This document shows positions 38,106-50,700 of a stretch of 64,000 bases of DNA, in pieces. The notes beneath the pieces were generated by a model. That model made no database searches. It saw only the letters and a program-made list of their open reading frames with translations, and had not been told where the DNA came from. Location of the stretch: positions 15,466 to 79,465 of the IMG/VR virus record IMGVR_UViG_3300021964_000041; one strand, given 5' to 3'. Every line of letters starts with the position of its first letter. Position 1 is the first letter of the stretch. The stretch is from a virus. The translations under genes and the position numbers were made by a program.

Positions 38106-41100
38106 ATGGCACAATTTAAACTAGATAGATTTACATACAAATACAGAAATGATTGGACTTCTGGTGTGGCTTATGCACTAGATGATATTGTAACTGTAAA
38201 TGGTAATGTTTATTATTGTACAAAAGCACACACATCTAACGAAGACTTTTACTTTGATTTCCTATACGATTTTACATATCCGGCTCCATACAGTGCTTCG
38301 GATAATATTAACGCGGCATTTGACTTTAGTGCTAATGTAGGTGGAGAAAATACTACTGTTGACGGCACTGGAATACAATTTCAAATTGTAAGACGTGGCG
38401 ACAAATATTCAGTTACCTTAACAGATGGTGGTAGAAACTATGTATCCAAAGAGTATTTTAAAGTTCCAGGTGATCAATTAGGTGGTGTTAGAGGCGTTAA
38501 TGATGCAATAGTAACTGTTGCAACAGTTGATAACGTTACACAAAACAATCTAGTTGTTCCGGGTGTAGTACAAAGTTTAACAGTAACAGGAACTGCGGCA
38601 ATAACCAAGTGGGAATTGATGTCAGAAGGTTACAGTTGGAAAGGTGCTTGGCAACCTAGTACATCAGTAACTAAGCAAGATGAAAATGGCAATGACGTAA
38701 TTACAATTACACCAAATTTATATTATATCAACGATCTAGTTGAGCGTGAAGGTAACATTTATAGATGTACACAAGGACACCAAGCACTAGTTGATGCTGA
38801 TTTTGGTCTAAGTCAAAATTTACAATATTGGACACTGCATGTTTTTGGAAGCCATTGGGAAGGTAATTGGACAGGACTAAATGCATATCAAGTAGGTGAT
38901 GTAGTAAGAGCCGGCGGCACTGTTTGGAGATGTACAACAGCACACACGAGTGGAACTAATGTTTCTGGTCTAGCAGGAGATCAAGGTAACTGGCAACAAG
39001 TTACTACATCAAATGACTGGTTGAATGAATGGCTACCGACACAGAATTACAGACCAAATGATGTTGTAAGATACGGTGGGTATCTATATCGTTGTAATTC
39101 GCAACACACTTCAACTAATAATTTTGAAAATGAATTAGACACTGAAGGCTGGTGGGATCTAGTTGTTCCTGGCATTGAATATAAAGGTACATGGACAGCA
39201 CCAACTGCACACGCCGTTGACGGAGTAGCAAATACTACTAAGTGGAAATTAGGTGATCTAATTAGATACAGTCAAGAAGTTTATGTTTGTACACAAACAC
39301 ATACCGTAACAGGTACAGATGTAGAAGCAGATGATCCTTTATTCAAAGATTATACTTCAAACTGGCAACTGTATGTTGCTGGAATGGCTTATGAAGATCA
39401 ATGGGACGAAACTGTAAACTATCAGCCAGGCGATATTGTTATGTACGGTGGTTACACATACTACTGTAAGACATTTAATTTTTCAGCAAACCCAAGCACA
39501 GAAATAAATGATTGGGAAATTTTAAGCGAATGGTACAACTTTAAAAATGACTGGAGTGAAATTACAGTATATAAAGTAGGTGATGTTGTACGTAACAATG
39601 GTTATTTGTATTGGGCAGTTACAGATAATACAGGTGAAAAACCAGATAGCGGCCAAGTTGATACTATTAAAGTTACTGTAGGTAATCCAGGATCCGGTAA
39701 TAGATATTATTGGGACGGAAATTTACATCCTAATCAAACATTTATTAGAGGTAACACCTATGTATTTGATCAGTCTCACCCAACAAATGACGGTCATCCA
39801 ATTTATCCAGCAGACGCAGAAAACGGTTTCTTAAACACAGCAGTCGGCGGTAATGAATTATTTACAGGTGTGCAGACAACCTATATTTTAGATGATCAAA
39901 TAATTGATACACTAGAAAATTACAATGCAGGATTTAATGCGGCAACTGTTAGACAGGTACGTGTTAAGATTGAGCCAGATGCTCCTGCAACTTTTTACTT
40001 TGCATGTTATAATCATTTAAACATGAGCGGCAGTCAAATTATTTCAGTAGGTGGAAGCACTTATTGGGATTTATTAATGCCTGGTGTAAGTTTTAGAGGT
40101 CCATGGGACGATTTCAATGCAGATTCAAGTATTAACTTATATGAATTAGGTGATGTTGCTCTTTGGGCAGGAACTGCTTATCAGTGTATTAGAAGTCATA
40201 GATCAGATGCAACTGACAGCCGACCAGATGTAGATGCTAGAAAAGATATTCCTGTATATTGGAAAGTTTATGTACAAGGTATTAGAACGAACGTACTTGC
40301 AAGACCAGGTGATATCAAATCGTTTAGTGCAGATTCAAATATACGTATTCCAATTGGAGACTTAGGTACTGTACTTAAAGGTCTACCTCAAACAAATGCA
40401 GATTCAAGTTTAGGTCAAGGACCACAATGGCAATTACTAGGTGCTTCAACAAAAAATTACTATGTAAGTTTAAGTGGTGTTGATGCTACAGACAAAGGAG
40501 CGTCAAAAGAAAATCCTTTTAGAACTGTTAAGTATGCATTAGATTACATTCTTGCAGATGAAGCAAATAGAGCACCAGCAACTGTATTTGTTGCAACAGG
40601 TGAATACGAAGAACAGTTACCTTTAAAGATACCAAGCAATGTTGCTGTGGTAGGCGACGAACTGCGTTCAACAAGAATCAAACCAAGACCCGGTAAAGAA
40701 GGCGTGGATATGTTCCATGTACGTAACGGTTGTGGTATTAGAAACATGACACTATCAGGATTGGTAGGAACACTAGGATCACCAAATGAGTTTGGAACAA
40801 AACGACCAGTTGGTGGTGGACCGAGTTTTGTTAGTTTAGATCCTGGAACAGGACCAACCGACGAAACAGTTTGGGTAACAAACAAATCAACATACGTACA
40901 AAACGTATCTACATTTGGTACAGCCTGTGTGGGTATGAAAGTAGACGGCGGATTACATCAAGGCGGTAATAAATCTATTGTTGCAAACGACTTTACACAA
41001 GTTATCAGCGGCGGTATTGGTATGTGGATTGCTAACGGTGGCTTATCAGAACTTGTATCGGTGTTTACATACTATTGTCATATTGGTTATTTGAGTGAAT

Positions 41101-44100
41101 CAGGTGGTAAGATTCGTGCTACAAACGGTAACAACTCTTATGGTGACTTTGGGTCTGTTGCAGAAGGTTACGATTTATTAGAAACCCCAATTACAGCAAG
41201 TGTAAACAACAGAGATAATGAAGCATCAGTAGCAAATGTTTTAACTGATTTAGATAATGAAATTTATTTCTTTGGTTACTCACATGCTGGTCAAAGTTAC
41301 ACAACAGCAGATATTGATGCTTTTTCAGGAACAGGTTCAAATCTAGAAGCAGAATTTAAAGAATTTAGAAATAAAGCACTATCGCAAGTTCGTGTGCTTG
41401 ATCCAGGTGATTCAACAACTCCTGGAGGTAGAGGATTTAGTATTACTACAGGACAAGCACAAGGCGGAACTAGTTCTGGAATAATTACTTTAAGTGCTAC
41501 AGATACTGTAGAAGATAGTAGTGGTGTATATGATGGCAAACGTATCTTTATTACACAAGGTAAAGGTAAAGGACAGTATGGTTATATTCAATCATATGAT
41601 CCTTCTACAAAAATTGCATACGTACTAAGAGAAAGTGACGGATTACCTGGATGGGATCATTGGATTCCAGGAACACCGATTGAAGCAAATCTAGGCGATA
41701 CAGCATTTTATCAAATTGAACCAAGGGTTGAATTTAATAAACCACCTTTTGCAACACAATCAATTAACGTTAACACACCATTAGATTATAGTAGTGTTGT
41801 ATATGGTGGCGGAAGATATGTTGCTGTTGCACAAAGTAGTTTTGGATCACCAGGTACGCCACAATTTATTTACAGTACAGACGGAACTTCGTGGAGTTCA
41901 GGAAATATTGATGGACAGAATCTACCACAAAATTCAGGAACATGGTCATGGCAGGACATCGACTACGGCGGCGGCAAATTTGTTGCTGTTGCTAGAGAAG
42001 GTATTGTTGCAGTATCCAGTGATGGCGAAAACTGGACTTGTTATGAAGTAACAAATGACAGTTCTACAGTTACAACAAGGCACATTGCATACGGTGATAA
42101 CCCAACTATTGAACAAACATTTAAAGTTACAGTTTCTGTGCCAGGCGATAATCCACTTTACCACTTTGATAGTGCTGTTAATACTGCACCAGATATTTCT
42201 GTTGTTGAAGGTAACACATATACTTTCCAACAAAATGACACTTCAAACACAGGTTGTCCGATATATTTCAGTACAACACCTGAAGGAATAAACGGTGGCG
42301 GCAGTGCATTTACAGAAGGCGTAAAATATTTCTTAAACAATGTTCAAGTTTCAGACTTACAAGCCTATGCCGCTGGTTTTAATACAGCAAACACTAGAAA
42401 AGTTACTTGGACAGTGCCAAATTCATTGGTAGGAACAAATTTATATTATGTAAACTACAACAGCACAGGATCAGGTGTACAAACAGATAGTTCATATGCT
42501 GTTGTTAGAGTTGACGGACGTAGTGAATGGCTAGTTACAGCAGACGGTTCTCCAGAATATTTTCAAAGTTTAGATGGAGGTAATACATGGACACTGGGTA
42601 ATTTACCTTCGTATCAATCATATGACGGTGGTGTTAAAGCAATGGCATATGGTGCTGGTAAATTTGTTGCAGTATCCGGCGACTGGGATTCAAGTAAACA
42701 GAGAATTTATACTAAAACTCCTGGTAACACTGATTGGCTAGAAAATTTTGAACAAACTACAAACATGTCTAACATGACTAGTTTAGAATTCGGTAACAAT
42801 ATTTTTATTGGTACTGTTGCAGGAAGTGACAGTGTATGGATAAATCCAAAAGCCGGCAACGGAGCATTCTATGAACAAACTAATGTATTACCTACAACAG
42901 GTAATTGGACAGTAGGTTATGGTCAAGGTGTTTATGTAGCATTTAAACCAAACACTAATGAATTTGCAATAAGTGAAAATGGTATAGTATGGGAAGCAAA
43001 AACATTACCAACAAGTGCTAACTGGACAACAATTGGTATTGGTACTCCTAATAATTCTTGTAAATTTGTATTACTAGGTAGTGGTAATCCTTTACAAGGT
43101 AGTGGCGAAGTAAATGCTGTTGTGGTTCAAGCAGGACGTAGACCATTTGCTAGAATGTTTGTAAGAAATACAAGAGCAAGTGAATTTTGGATTTATGATC
43201 CAGGTTCAGGATACGAACAGGATCTTGCAAACTCAGTAAACAATGCTGTAATTACATTTGGCAGAAATACTGCCGATGATGCAGATGTTTATACAATTGA
43301 CGGTGTAGAAAATCCTGCACTTACTTTAACTGAAGGTAGAAAATACGTTTATGATCTAAGCGACACATCATTAACAAACTATGGCGGCGCAGTTGTAGAA
43401 GGCGAAGTAGAAGACAATCCACATCCGTTCTTGTTCTATAGTGATGCGGCAAAAACAACAGTGTATGAAGACAATGTAATTTATAGATTAGGATCAACAA
43501 TAGTTTCAAGAGCAACTTATCTTGCAGACTTCGCGGCCACTTTAACACGCTCAATTGAAATTGAAATTCAGTATGATGCTCCAAGCACATTGTACTATGG
43601 AAGTTCAGAAGATGCCGGCGTACAAACAATTACTATTGAAGAAACAGACGATCTAAGTATGACAGTGAGTGATCCATTAGCGACAGCAGATCCTTATGTT
43701 AAACTAAGAATTGCTAATGGTGTTTTACCTCAACCATCATTTAGAAACAGAGGTACTAAATTTAGAAGTGCAACAGCAAGTGTTACAGGTGATGGATTTG
43801 CTGATTCTTTCCAAATTGGTAACAAAATCAAAGTAACAGACTTAACTAGAGAACCTGGACCAGGTGCTAACTTACAGGTTACAGGAATTGATGGTGTAAT
43901 TTATCTAGTAACTAAAGTAACAAATATTACTGGAACAGAACCAAATCTTTCTGCAACAATACAAATTAGTCCAACAATGGGAGTTGATGAATCACCAACA
44001 CATGATACTTCAATTACTATTCGTGAATCATACAGTCAGGTACGTTTAACATTCCATGACTTCCTAGATATTGGTACTGGTAATAAAAATTCAACACGTT

Positions 44101-44705
44101 ATCCTTTAAGATACCTAGAAGGTTACACTGATGCTGATGCTAATACTGTAAAACAAAATCAAGAAACAGACTTCAGTGATGGTGGTAGAGTGTTCTACTC
44201 AAGTACAGACCAAGATGGTAACTTTAGGGTGGGTGAACTATTTGAAGTTGAGCAGGCATCGGGTATTATTACTATTAATGCTGATCAGTTTGACTTATCA
44301 GGATTAACAGAATTATCATTAGGTGGAGTAACACTTGGTGGTACAGGTGCTGTTATTAGAGAATTTAGTATTGACCCACTGTTTACTGCAAACAGTGATA
44401 GCATTGTTCCAACACAAAAAGCAGTAGCGGCATACGTTAAATCACGTATTACTGGTGGTGGTTCTAGTGTTAATGTTAACAAAGTAACTGCTGGTGTTAT
44501 TACATCGGGTGATAGCGGACAAGGACTTGAAACAACTGATGGTAGTACAATACAAATGAAAGCAAAAGTATCATTTGAAGGCGGAGTAGGCGGGGATATG
44601 GCGGCTAGAGCGTTCTTTGCATTTGGTACAGATGTTGCTATATCAGACGATTTTGGCGGTACAGACGAAGGTGGAGGAGACTATCAAGATGGCTTTGGCG
44701 GATAA
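38106..44705 (+). CDS. Giant multidomain fibre/appendage protein A (2199 aa)
   Basis: N-terminal CBM5/12-like repeats (W-x-Y-x-D-V-V-x-Y-G-G-x-Y-x-C-x-H-T-S), three cupredoxin-like modules, beta-helix, propeller-like YGGG-x-FVAV repeats, C-terminal SQVRLTFHDFLDIGTG...STDQDGNFRVG. Confidence 0.75.
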   Translation: MAQFKLDRFTYKYRNDWTSGVAYALDDIVTVNGNVYYCTKAHTSNEDFYFDFLYDFTYPAPYSASDNINAAFDFSANVGGENTTVDGTGIQFQIVRRGDKYSVTLTDGGRNYVSKEYFKVPGDQLGGVRGVNDAIVTVATVDNVTQNNLVVPGVVQSLTVTGTAAITKWELMSEGYSWKGAWQPSTSVTKQDENGNDVITITPNLYYINDLVEREGNIYRCTQGHQALVDADFGLSQNLQYWTLHVFGSHWEGNWTGLNAYQVGDVVRAGGTVWRCTTAHTSGTNVSGLAGDQGNWQQVTTSNDWLNEWLPTQNYRPNDVVRYGGYLYRCNSQHTSTNNFENELDTEGWWDLVVPGIEYKGTWTAPTAHAVDGVANTTKWKLGDLIRYSQEVYVCTQTHTVTGTDVEADDPLFKDYTSNWQLYVAGMAYEDQWDETVNYQPGDIVMYGGYTYYCKTFNFSANPSTEINDWEILSEWYNFKNDWSEITVYKVGDVVRNNGYLYWAVTDNTGEKPDSGQVDTIKVTVGNPGSGNRYYWDGNLHPNQTFIRGNTYVFDQSHPTNDGHPIYPADAENGFLNTAVGGNELFTGVQTTYILDDQIIDTLENYNAGFNAATVRQVRVKIEPDAPATFYFACYNHLNMSGSQIISVGGSTYWDLLMPGVSFRGPWDDFNADSSINLYELGDVALWAGTAYQCIRSHRSDATDSRPDVDARKDIPVYWKVYVQGIRTNVLARPGDIKSFSADSNIRIPIGDLGTVLKGLPQTNADSSLGQGPQWQLLGASTKNYYVSLSGVDATDKGASKENPFRTVKYALDYILADEANRAPATVFVATGEYEEQLPLKIPSNVAVVGDELRSTRIKPRPGKEGVDMFHVRNGCGIRNMTLSGLVGTLGSPNEFGTKRPVGGGPSFVSLDPGTGPTDETVWVTNKSTYVQNVSTFGTACVGMKVDGGLHQGGNKSIVANDFTQVISGGIGMWIANGGLSELVSVFTYYCHIGYLSESGGKIRATNGNNSYGDFGSVAEGYDLLETPITASVNNRDNEASVANVLTDLDNEIYFFGYSHAGQSYTTADIDAFSGTGSNLEAEFKEFRNKALSQVRVLDPGDSTTPGGRGFSITTGQAQGGTSSGIITLSATDTVEDSSGVYDGKRIFITQGKGKGQYGYIQSYDPSTKIAYVLRESDGLPGWDHWIPGTPIEANLGDTAFYQIEPRVEFNKPPFATQSINVNTPLDYSSVVYGGGRYVAVAQSSFGSPGTPQFIYSTDGTSWSSGNIDGQNLPQNSGTWSWQDIDYGGGKFVAVAREGIVAVSSDGENWTCYEVTNDSSTVTTRHIAYGDNPTIEQTFKVTVSVPGDNPLYHFDSAVNTAPDISVVEGNTYTFQQNDTSNTGCPIYFSTTPEGINGGGSAFTEGVKYFLNNVQVSDLQAYAAGFNTANTRKVTWTVPNSLVGTNLYYVNYNSTGSGVQTDSSYAVVRVDGRSEWLVTADGSPEYFQSLDGGNTWTLGNLPSYQSYDGGVKAMAYGAGKFVAVSGDWDSSKQRIYTKTPGNTDWLENFEQTTNMSNMTSLEFGNNIFIGTVAGSDSVWINPKAGNGAFYEQTNVLPTTGNWTVGYGQGVYVAFKPNTNEFAISENGIVWEAKTLPTSANWTTIGIGTPNNSCKFVLLGSGNPLQGSGEVNAVVVQAGRRPFARMFVRNTRASEFWIYDPGSGYEQDLANSVNNAVITFGRNTADDADVYTIDGVENPALTLTEGRKYVYDLSDTSLTNYGGAVVEGEVEDNPHPFLFYSDAAKTTVYEDNVIYRLGSTIVSRATYLADFAATLTRSIEIEIQYDAPSTLYYGSSEDAGVQTITIEETDDLSMTVSDPLATADPYVKLRIANGVLPQPSFRNRGTKFRSATASVTGDGFADSFQIGNKIKVTDLTREPGPGANLQVTGIDGVIYLVTKVTNITGTEPNLSATIQISPTMGVDESPTHDTSITIRESYSQVRLTFHDFLDIGTGNKNSTRYPLRYLEGYTDADANTVKQNQETDFSDGGRVFYSSTDQDGNFRVGELFEVEQASGIITINADQFDLSGLTELSLGGVTLGGTGAVIREFSIDPLFTANSDSIVPTQKAVAAYVKSRITGGGSSVNVNKVTAGVITSGDSGQGLETTDGSTIQMKAKVSFEGGVGGDMAARAFFAFGTDVAISDDFGGTDEGGGDYQDGFGG

Positions 44706-44737
44706 TATAATAAATAACTACAATATCGGAGCAAAAC

Positions 44738-47700
44738 ATGGCTGAATTTCTATTAGGAAGAATTAAATTTGTCTGGAAAGGTAACTGGACTACTGGTACT
44801 GCATACGTTAAAGATGACGTTGTAAGGCACGGTGGTAAGGTATACATTTGTATTGCGGCACACACTGCGGATGCAGATTTTTACACTGATCTAGAAAATC
44901 AAACACCAAGATGGAACATCTTTGCAGACGGCCAAGAATGGAAGGGTGACTGGGCAATCAACACTGTTTACAAAGCAGGTGATGTTGTCAAATACGGTGG
45001 TTACTTATATATTGCAAACAACGGCCATACTTCAGCAGATACAATCACAAAAGGTTTAGAATTTAATCAAGGTGATTGGGATACATATTCAGAATTTTTT
45101 GATTACAAAAGTGACTGGGCAATTAGCACACGTTACAAAGTAAACGATATTGTAAAATACGGTGGTACAGTTTATGTTTGTACCGACGATCATACATCAG
45201 CATCAACTGCTACAAGCGACGATGATGGATTAGAATCAGACAACGACGGTAAAGCACTTACAATTGATTCGATTTCAAATGCAGATGCTAGTCGTTCACA
45301 AGGAACTTACAATAATATTATTCCTACAGGCGGTACTGGTACAGGATTAATTGTAAATGTTGTTGTTGACAACATTGGCGGACTTGCTATATCAATTACA
45401 GATAACGGTAGTGGTTATAGAGTAGGTGATACATTGAGTATTCCAGATGCAAGCCTAGGCGGTGGTGGCGCGGCAAACGTAAGTTTTGCTATTGCTTCTG
45501 TTGCAGATAGATGGAATATTTTTAGTGAAGGCTTTGAATGGAAAAACAACTGGCAAGTAAGCACAAGATATAAATTAAATGATCTAGTAAAATACGGCGG
45601 ACAAATTTACGTTTGTATTCAAGGACATAAATCCTCTGTTGATTTAGCAGGCGGGTTAGAAGAAGATCAAGCAAAATGGCAACACTTCCACAAAGGTATT
45701 GAATATAGACAAACCTGGCAAACAGGTGTAAGATATAGAGTAAATGACATTGTAAAATATGGTGCAAATATTTGGATTTGTACAGGCGCTCATACAGCGA
45801 CAAATAGTTTTGCAACAGACGAATCAAACTGGTCAATCTTTGTACCAGGTTTAGAATACGAAGATAATTGGAATAACGGAACAGTATATCAACCTGGTGA
45901 CATTGTAACTTACGGTGGCTATTCTTATATAGCATTAACCAATCACAGTGGTCGCCCGCCATACGCAAATGCATCAGATTGGAAACTGTACTTAAAAGGA
46001 TATAACTTTAGAGGCGACTATGCAGATGATTCGACCCTACAAGACTATCTAGTAGGCGATGTTGTTAGACTAGGTGGATACACTTATATGTGTATTCAAG
46101 ATCATCAAGGTGTTGCAAAAAATCCTGCAAGTGAAACTACTTTCTGGACAAGACTAAATGAAGGTTTTGCTTGGAAAGGTGACTGGACAAACATTACAGA
46201 TTATGTATTAGGTGATGTTGTATACTATGGCGTAAACTCATACGTAGTAATTCAAGCACACCAATCAAACCAAGCAATTGGTCAAAAGCGTCCTGACTTA
46301 GATGTTTCAGGTACCTACTATAAATTGTTAGCAGGTGGTGCTGAAGGTTCTAACTTAACAACAGACGGTGACATATTAATTTATAATGGTGCAGGTCCTG
46401 CACGTTTACCAATTGGTGAAGAAGGACAAATACTAACAGTTGACACAACTGGATTACCAGCATGGAAATACTGGGGTAGAACAGACCATGTTTATTATGT
46501 TGGTCCTGATGGTGTTGACGGGACATATCCAAGTTATGGTTCAACACTAGACAGACCATTTAAATCTGTAAGATATGCTTGTGACGCAATTGAAAAAGGT
46601 GTACTAAGACCTAACGCAACAAACTTATTAAAAGAAAATAGACAGTTTATTCAACGTGAAGCAGTTGAATGGGTTGACTATCAAATAGCAAATACCATTG
46701 CTCCATTTACTGGATCATTCAGTTACGATAAAGACAAGTGTTACCGTGATGTAGGTATTATGGTTGACGCTATTATCTGGGATTTATCACATGGTGGTAA
46801 TACAGAATCAAGAAAAGCGGCGTTTGCTTACTTTACAAAAGCAGGCGTAAGTTATGTAGCAGGACAAGAAGATGAAACTGTTGCGGCACTTAACTATGCT
46901 AAAACTGTAATTGATGCAATTATTAGTAATTTAGATCCTGCAACAAATTATCAAACTGAAAACAGTTATACACCTGCTGTTACACAAAGAAAAAACAGCA
47001 AAGTTGAGGAAGCAGAAGCACAAAGTATTATTGATAGTCTAGTTGCAATAGTAACAGATGCTATCACAGCAGGAGCAGATACTAGTATTCCTGTAGAAGA
47101 ACAAGTACAAAAAACAGTATTTGTTAAAACAGGTGAATATAAAGAAGTACTTCCAATTAGAGTACCGGCTAACACTGCTGTTGTTGGTGACGAACTACGT
47201 TCAACAAGAATTAAACCAAGCACAGCAGATGATTACACTCAAAGATCAGATGTAGAATATAGTGTAGCAGGTATTACAAGAGTAAAAGATCTATTAAGCA
47301 ATATTATTATAGGTAGTGCGGTTACAAAAACTGGCACAAACACACAATCACAGGTACAAGCATTACCATACGGTTCAGCAACTGAAGGTACTGCGGCAGT
47401 AGCAAAACTACAACATGTTATTGATTATATCAATTACTATGCAGGCAATGACTCACAAGATTCAACTGCACCTACAATGACAACAGGGCAGACAACTGCA
47501 AGTGTTATTAGTGCAACTAAAGCAAATCCAGTTATAATCGAAACAAGTACAGCACATGGTCTATATGATAGAGCATTAGTAAACATTAAAAATATTAATG
47601 GTATGATCGAATTAAACGATCGAATGTATTATGTTGATGTATTAACAACAACTACTTTTGCACTTTACGAAGATTATAAAATGACAGTAGGTGTAGATGG

Positions 47701-50700
47701 AACAGGATACGAAGCATACACAAGCGGCGGTACTGCATACTGGAATGGTAACGTAAGAAGTTCAGATCAGAATGCACACAATGCGGCTAGACAGTTGTTA
47801 TTAAACAAAGAATTTTTAGCAGAAGAAGCAACTGCTTATATTACAGCAACTTATCCAAGTTACACTTACAGTGTAGCAAGTTGTAAAGACGATGTAAGAG
47901 ATTATATCGATGCTGTAATTTATGATTTAGTTTACGGCGGAACTTATGCTTCACACTTTGCGGCAAGATTTTATTCAAATGCTGTTGAAGGTTCAGTTAC
48001 AGAAGATATGTTCTACTTGAGAAATGGTTGTGGATTACGTAACTGTTCACTAAATGGATTGACTGGCGTATTAGGAAGTGCAAATGCATATGGCACTAAA
48101 CGTCCAACAGCAGGTGCATTTACATCACTAGATCCAGGTTGGGGTCCAGCAGATGATAGAACATGGATTATTAACAAATCACCTTACATTCAAAACGTAT
48201 CAAACTTTGGTACTGCGGCAGTAGGTTGTAAAATTGATGGTGCATTACATGATAGCGGTAATGACTCAATTGTATCCAACGACTTTACACAAATTATTTC
48301 CGATGGTATTGGTGTATGGTGTACTAACTTAGGTAGAACAGAACTTGTTTCTGTGTTCTCATACTATGGACACATTGGTTACCTTGCAGAAAACGGCGGT
48401 AAGATTCGTGCTACAAACGGTAACTCATCTTACGGTACATTTGGTTGTGTTGCTGAAGGTGTTGATGCAACAGAAACAGTTATTGATGGTACAGTTAACA
48501 ACAGATATTCAGAAGCATTAATTGGCGAAGTACTAACAGACCAAGAACAAGTATTGGTTATGTTCTTTGATAATGCTGGTATTAATTATGAAGATGTTAC
48601 GTATACAGTATCAGGTGATGGTGCTGGCGTAAGTGTGCTAGGTGACGAATTTAGAGATCAAGCATTATTTGATGTAAGAATGCTTAACACAGACCAGGAT
48701 GCAGACGGCACAGGAGACTTTGGCGGTGCTGATTACGGTTATGCAAATAATACTGCACAGTTCGGTGACACTACAAGCATAAGATTATCAAACACAGATA
48801 CTGCAAACACAGGTGACTATGATGGTATGAGAATTATCATTACAAGTGGGTTGGGTGTTGGACAATACGCTTACCTTGGACAATTTAATGCAGGTAATAA
48901 AGATGCAACAGTATTTAGAGAATCAGATGATCAACCAGGTTGGGATCATTTTATTCCAGGTACTCCTATTTCGGAGTTAATGGACGGAACAACAAAATAT
49001 GTTGTTGAACCTAGAGTTACTATTAGTGAACCACCATTCTCAAGCACACAACAAGATTATGGTGTAAGTTTACAAAGTAAACGAAATAACATTGCATATG
49101 GTAATGACAGATTTATTATTGCAGGGTACAATACTAACCAAACAATTTATTCACAAGATGGAGCAACTTGGCAAAGTGGCGGTGCATTACCTGCTACAGG
49201 TAAATGGACAGGTTTAAGTTATGGTGCCGGCGAAGATAGCACAATGACTTGGGTTGTTCTTAAAGAAGATTCAACAGATGCGGCATATTCAACAGATGAC
49301 GGTGCTACTTGGACAAGTTCAACGTTGCCTTCAACTGTTACATGGTCTGCAAGTTTATACGCTAAAAACACTTATGTTGCTGTTGCTTCAGGCACAACCG
49401 AGGCGGCTTACAGTGCAGACGGTGTCACTTGGTTAGCAACTACATTACCAAGTTCACAAAACTGGAAGAAGATTATTTTTGGTAGAAACGAGTTTGTTGC
49501 AATCGGTGACGGTGCGGCTTTTGCACAATCACTAGATGGTATTACATGGAACTCAAAAGCATTTCCAGTATTTACTGATACAAATACAAAAGTAAAAGAC
49601 ATTGCATATGGTAATGGACGTTACTTAATGATTGGTGATAAAGGAACACAAGGGTTCTACAGTTTAGATGGTACTAACTGGGTAGAAACTATAATTGATA
49701 CAACTGCTGATAGTTCAATCGGTGGCGGCGACGGATTGTTAGAATACGGACAAGGTGTATTCCTTTGGTTCTCTAGCAGAAACGGCCAAATTAAAAACGT
49801 TGATACAATTGGTATCGCAGATGCTTTAAGAACAGAAGGTACATATGAAATTGCAGATACAGACTACACAACAAGTGGTTCTGGACAAGGTGCAACATTT
49901 ACTGTGGTAGTTGATGGTACAGGTGCCGCAACAGTTACAATAAAAACTGAAGGACAACTGTTTATTGATGATGAAGTAATTACTATTACAGATGCTAATT
50001 TAGGTGGCGGCGGTGCCGCAGACTTAACTTTCCAAGTTGACGGGGTTAGAGATACTTCACAATCATCAATTACAAAAGATGGCATATACTGGAAAGGTAA
50101 AACAAACGGTAAAACAAACGGTAACTATTCTGCACTAGCATTTGGTAACCCGGGGCGTAGACCAACATGGTTTGCAATACAAAGTGGTTCAGGAAACGGT
50201 GCATTAACAAGAGCCGGTGCTCAAGCATTTATAAGAGCAAGAGTAGCAACTGGTAAGATTCCAGGAATGAGAATTTTTGAACCAGGCTCAGGTTATAGTT
50301 CACCACCGAATATTACAATTACTGATCCTTCAAATACTATTGAAGCACCAGTACAATTAAGAATTGGTGACGGTGCACTAGGTAATCCAACATTTATTAA
50401 TAGAGGTAGTGCATACGAAACTGCAAGTGCAACTGTAACAGGTGATGGTACTATTGACAAGTTCCAAAACGGTTCAAATATTTTCGTAGAGAATTTAAGT
50501 GAATCACCTAAAGCAGGTTCGAACGTAACATTTAGTAATTTACCAGGAAGTTATTTCAAACTGGTTGTTGTTAGAGAACTAAGCGGACCTAATGCACAAG
50601 GGAAATACAGTGCAAAACTTCAAGTATCTCCAGATATTCCTGTAGATACAGCACCTCCACATGCTGATTCTGTGGAAATGCGTATTAGATATTCTCAAGT

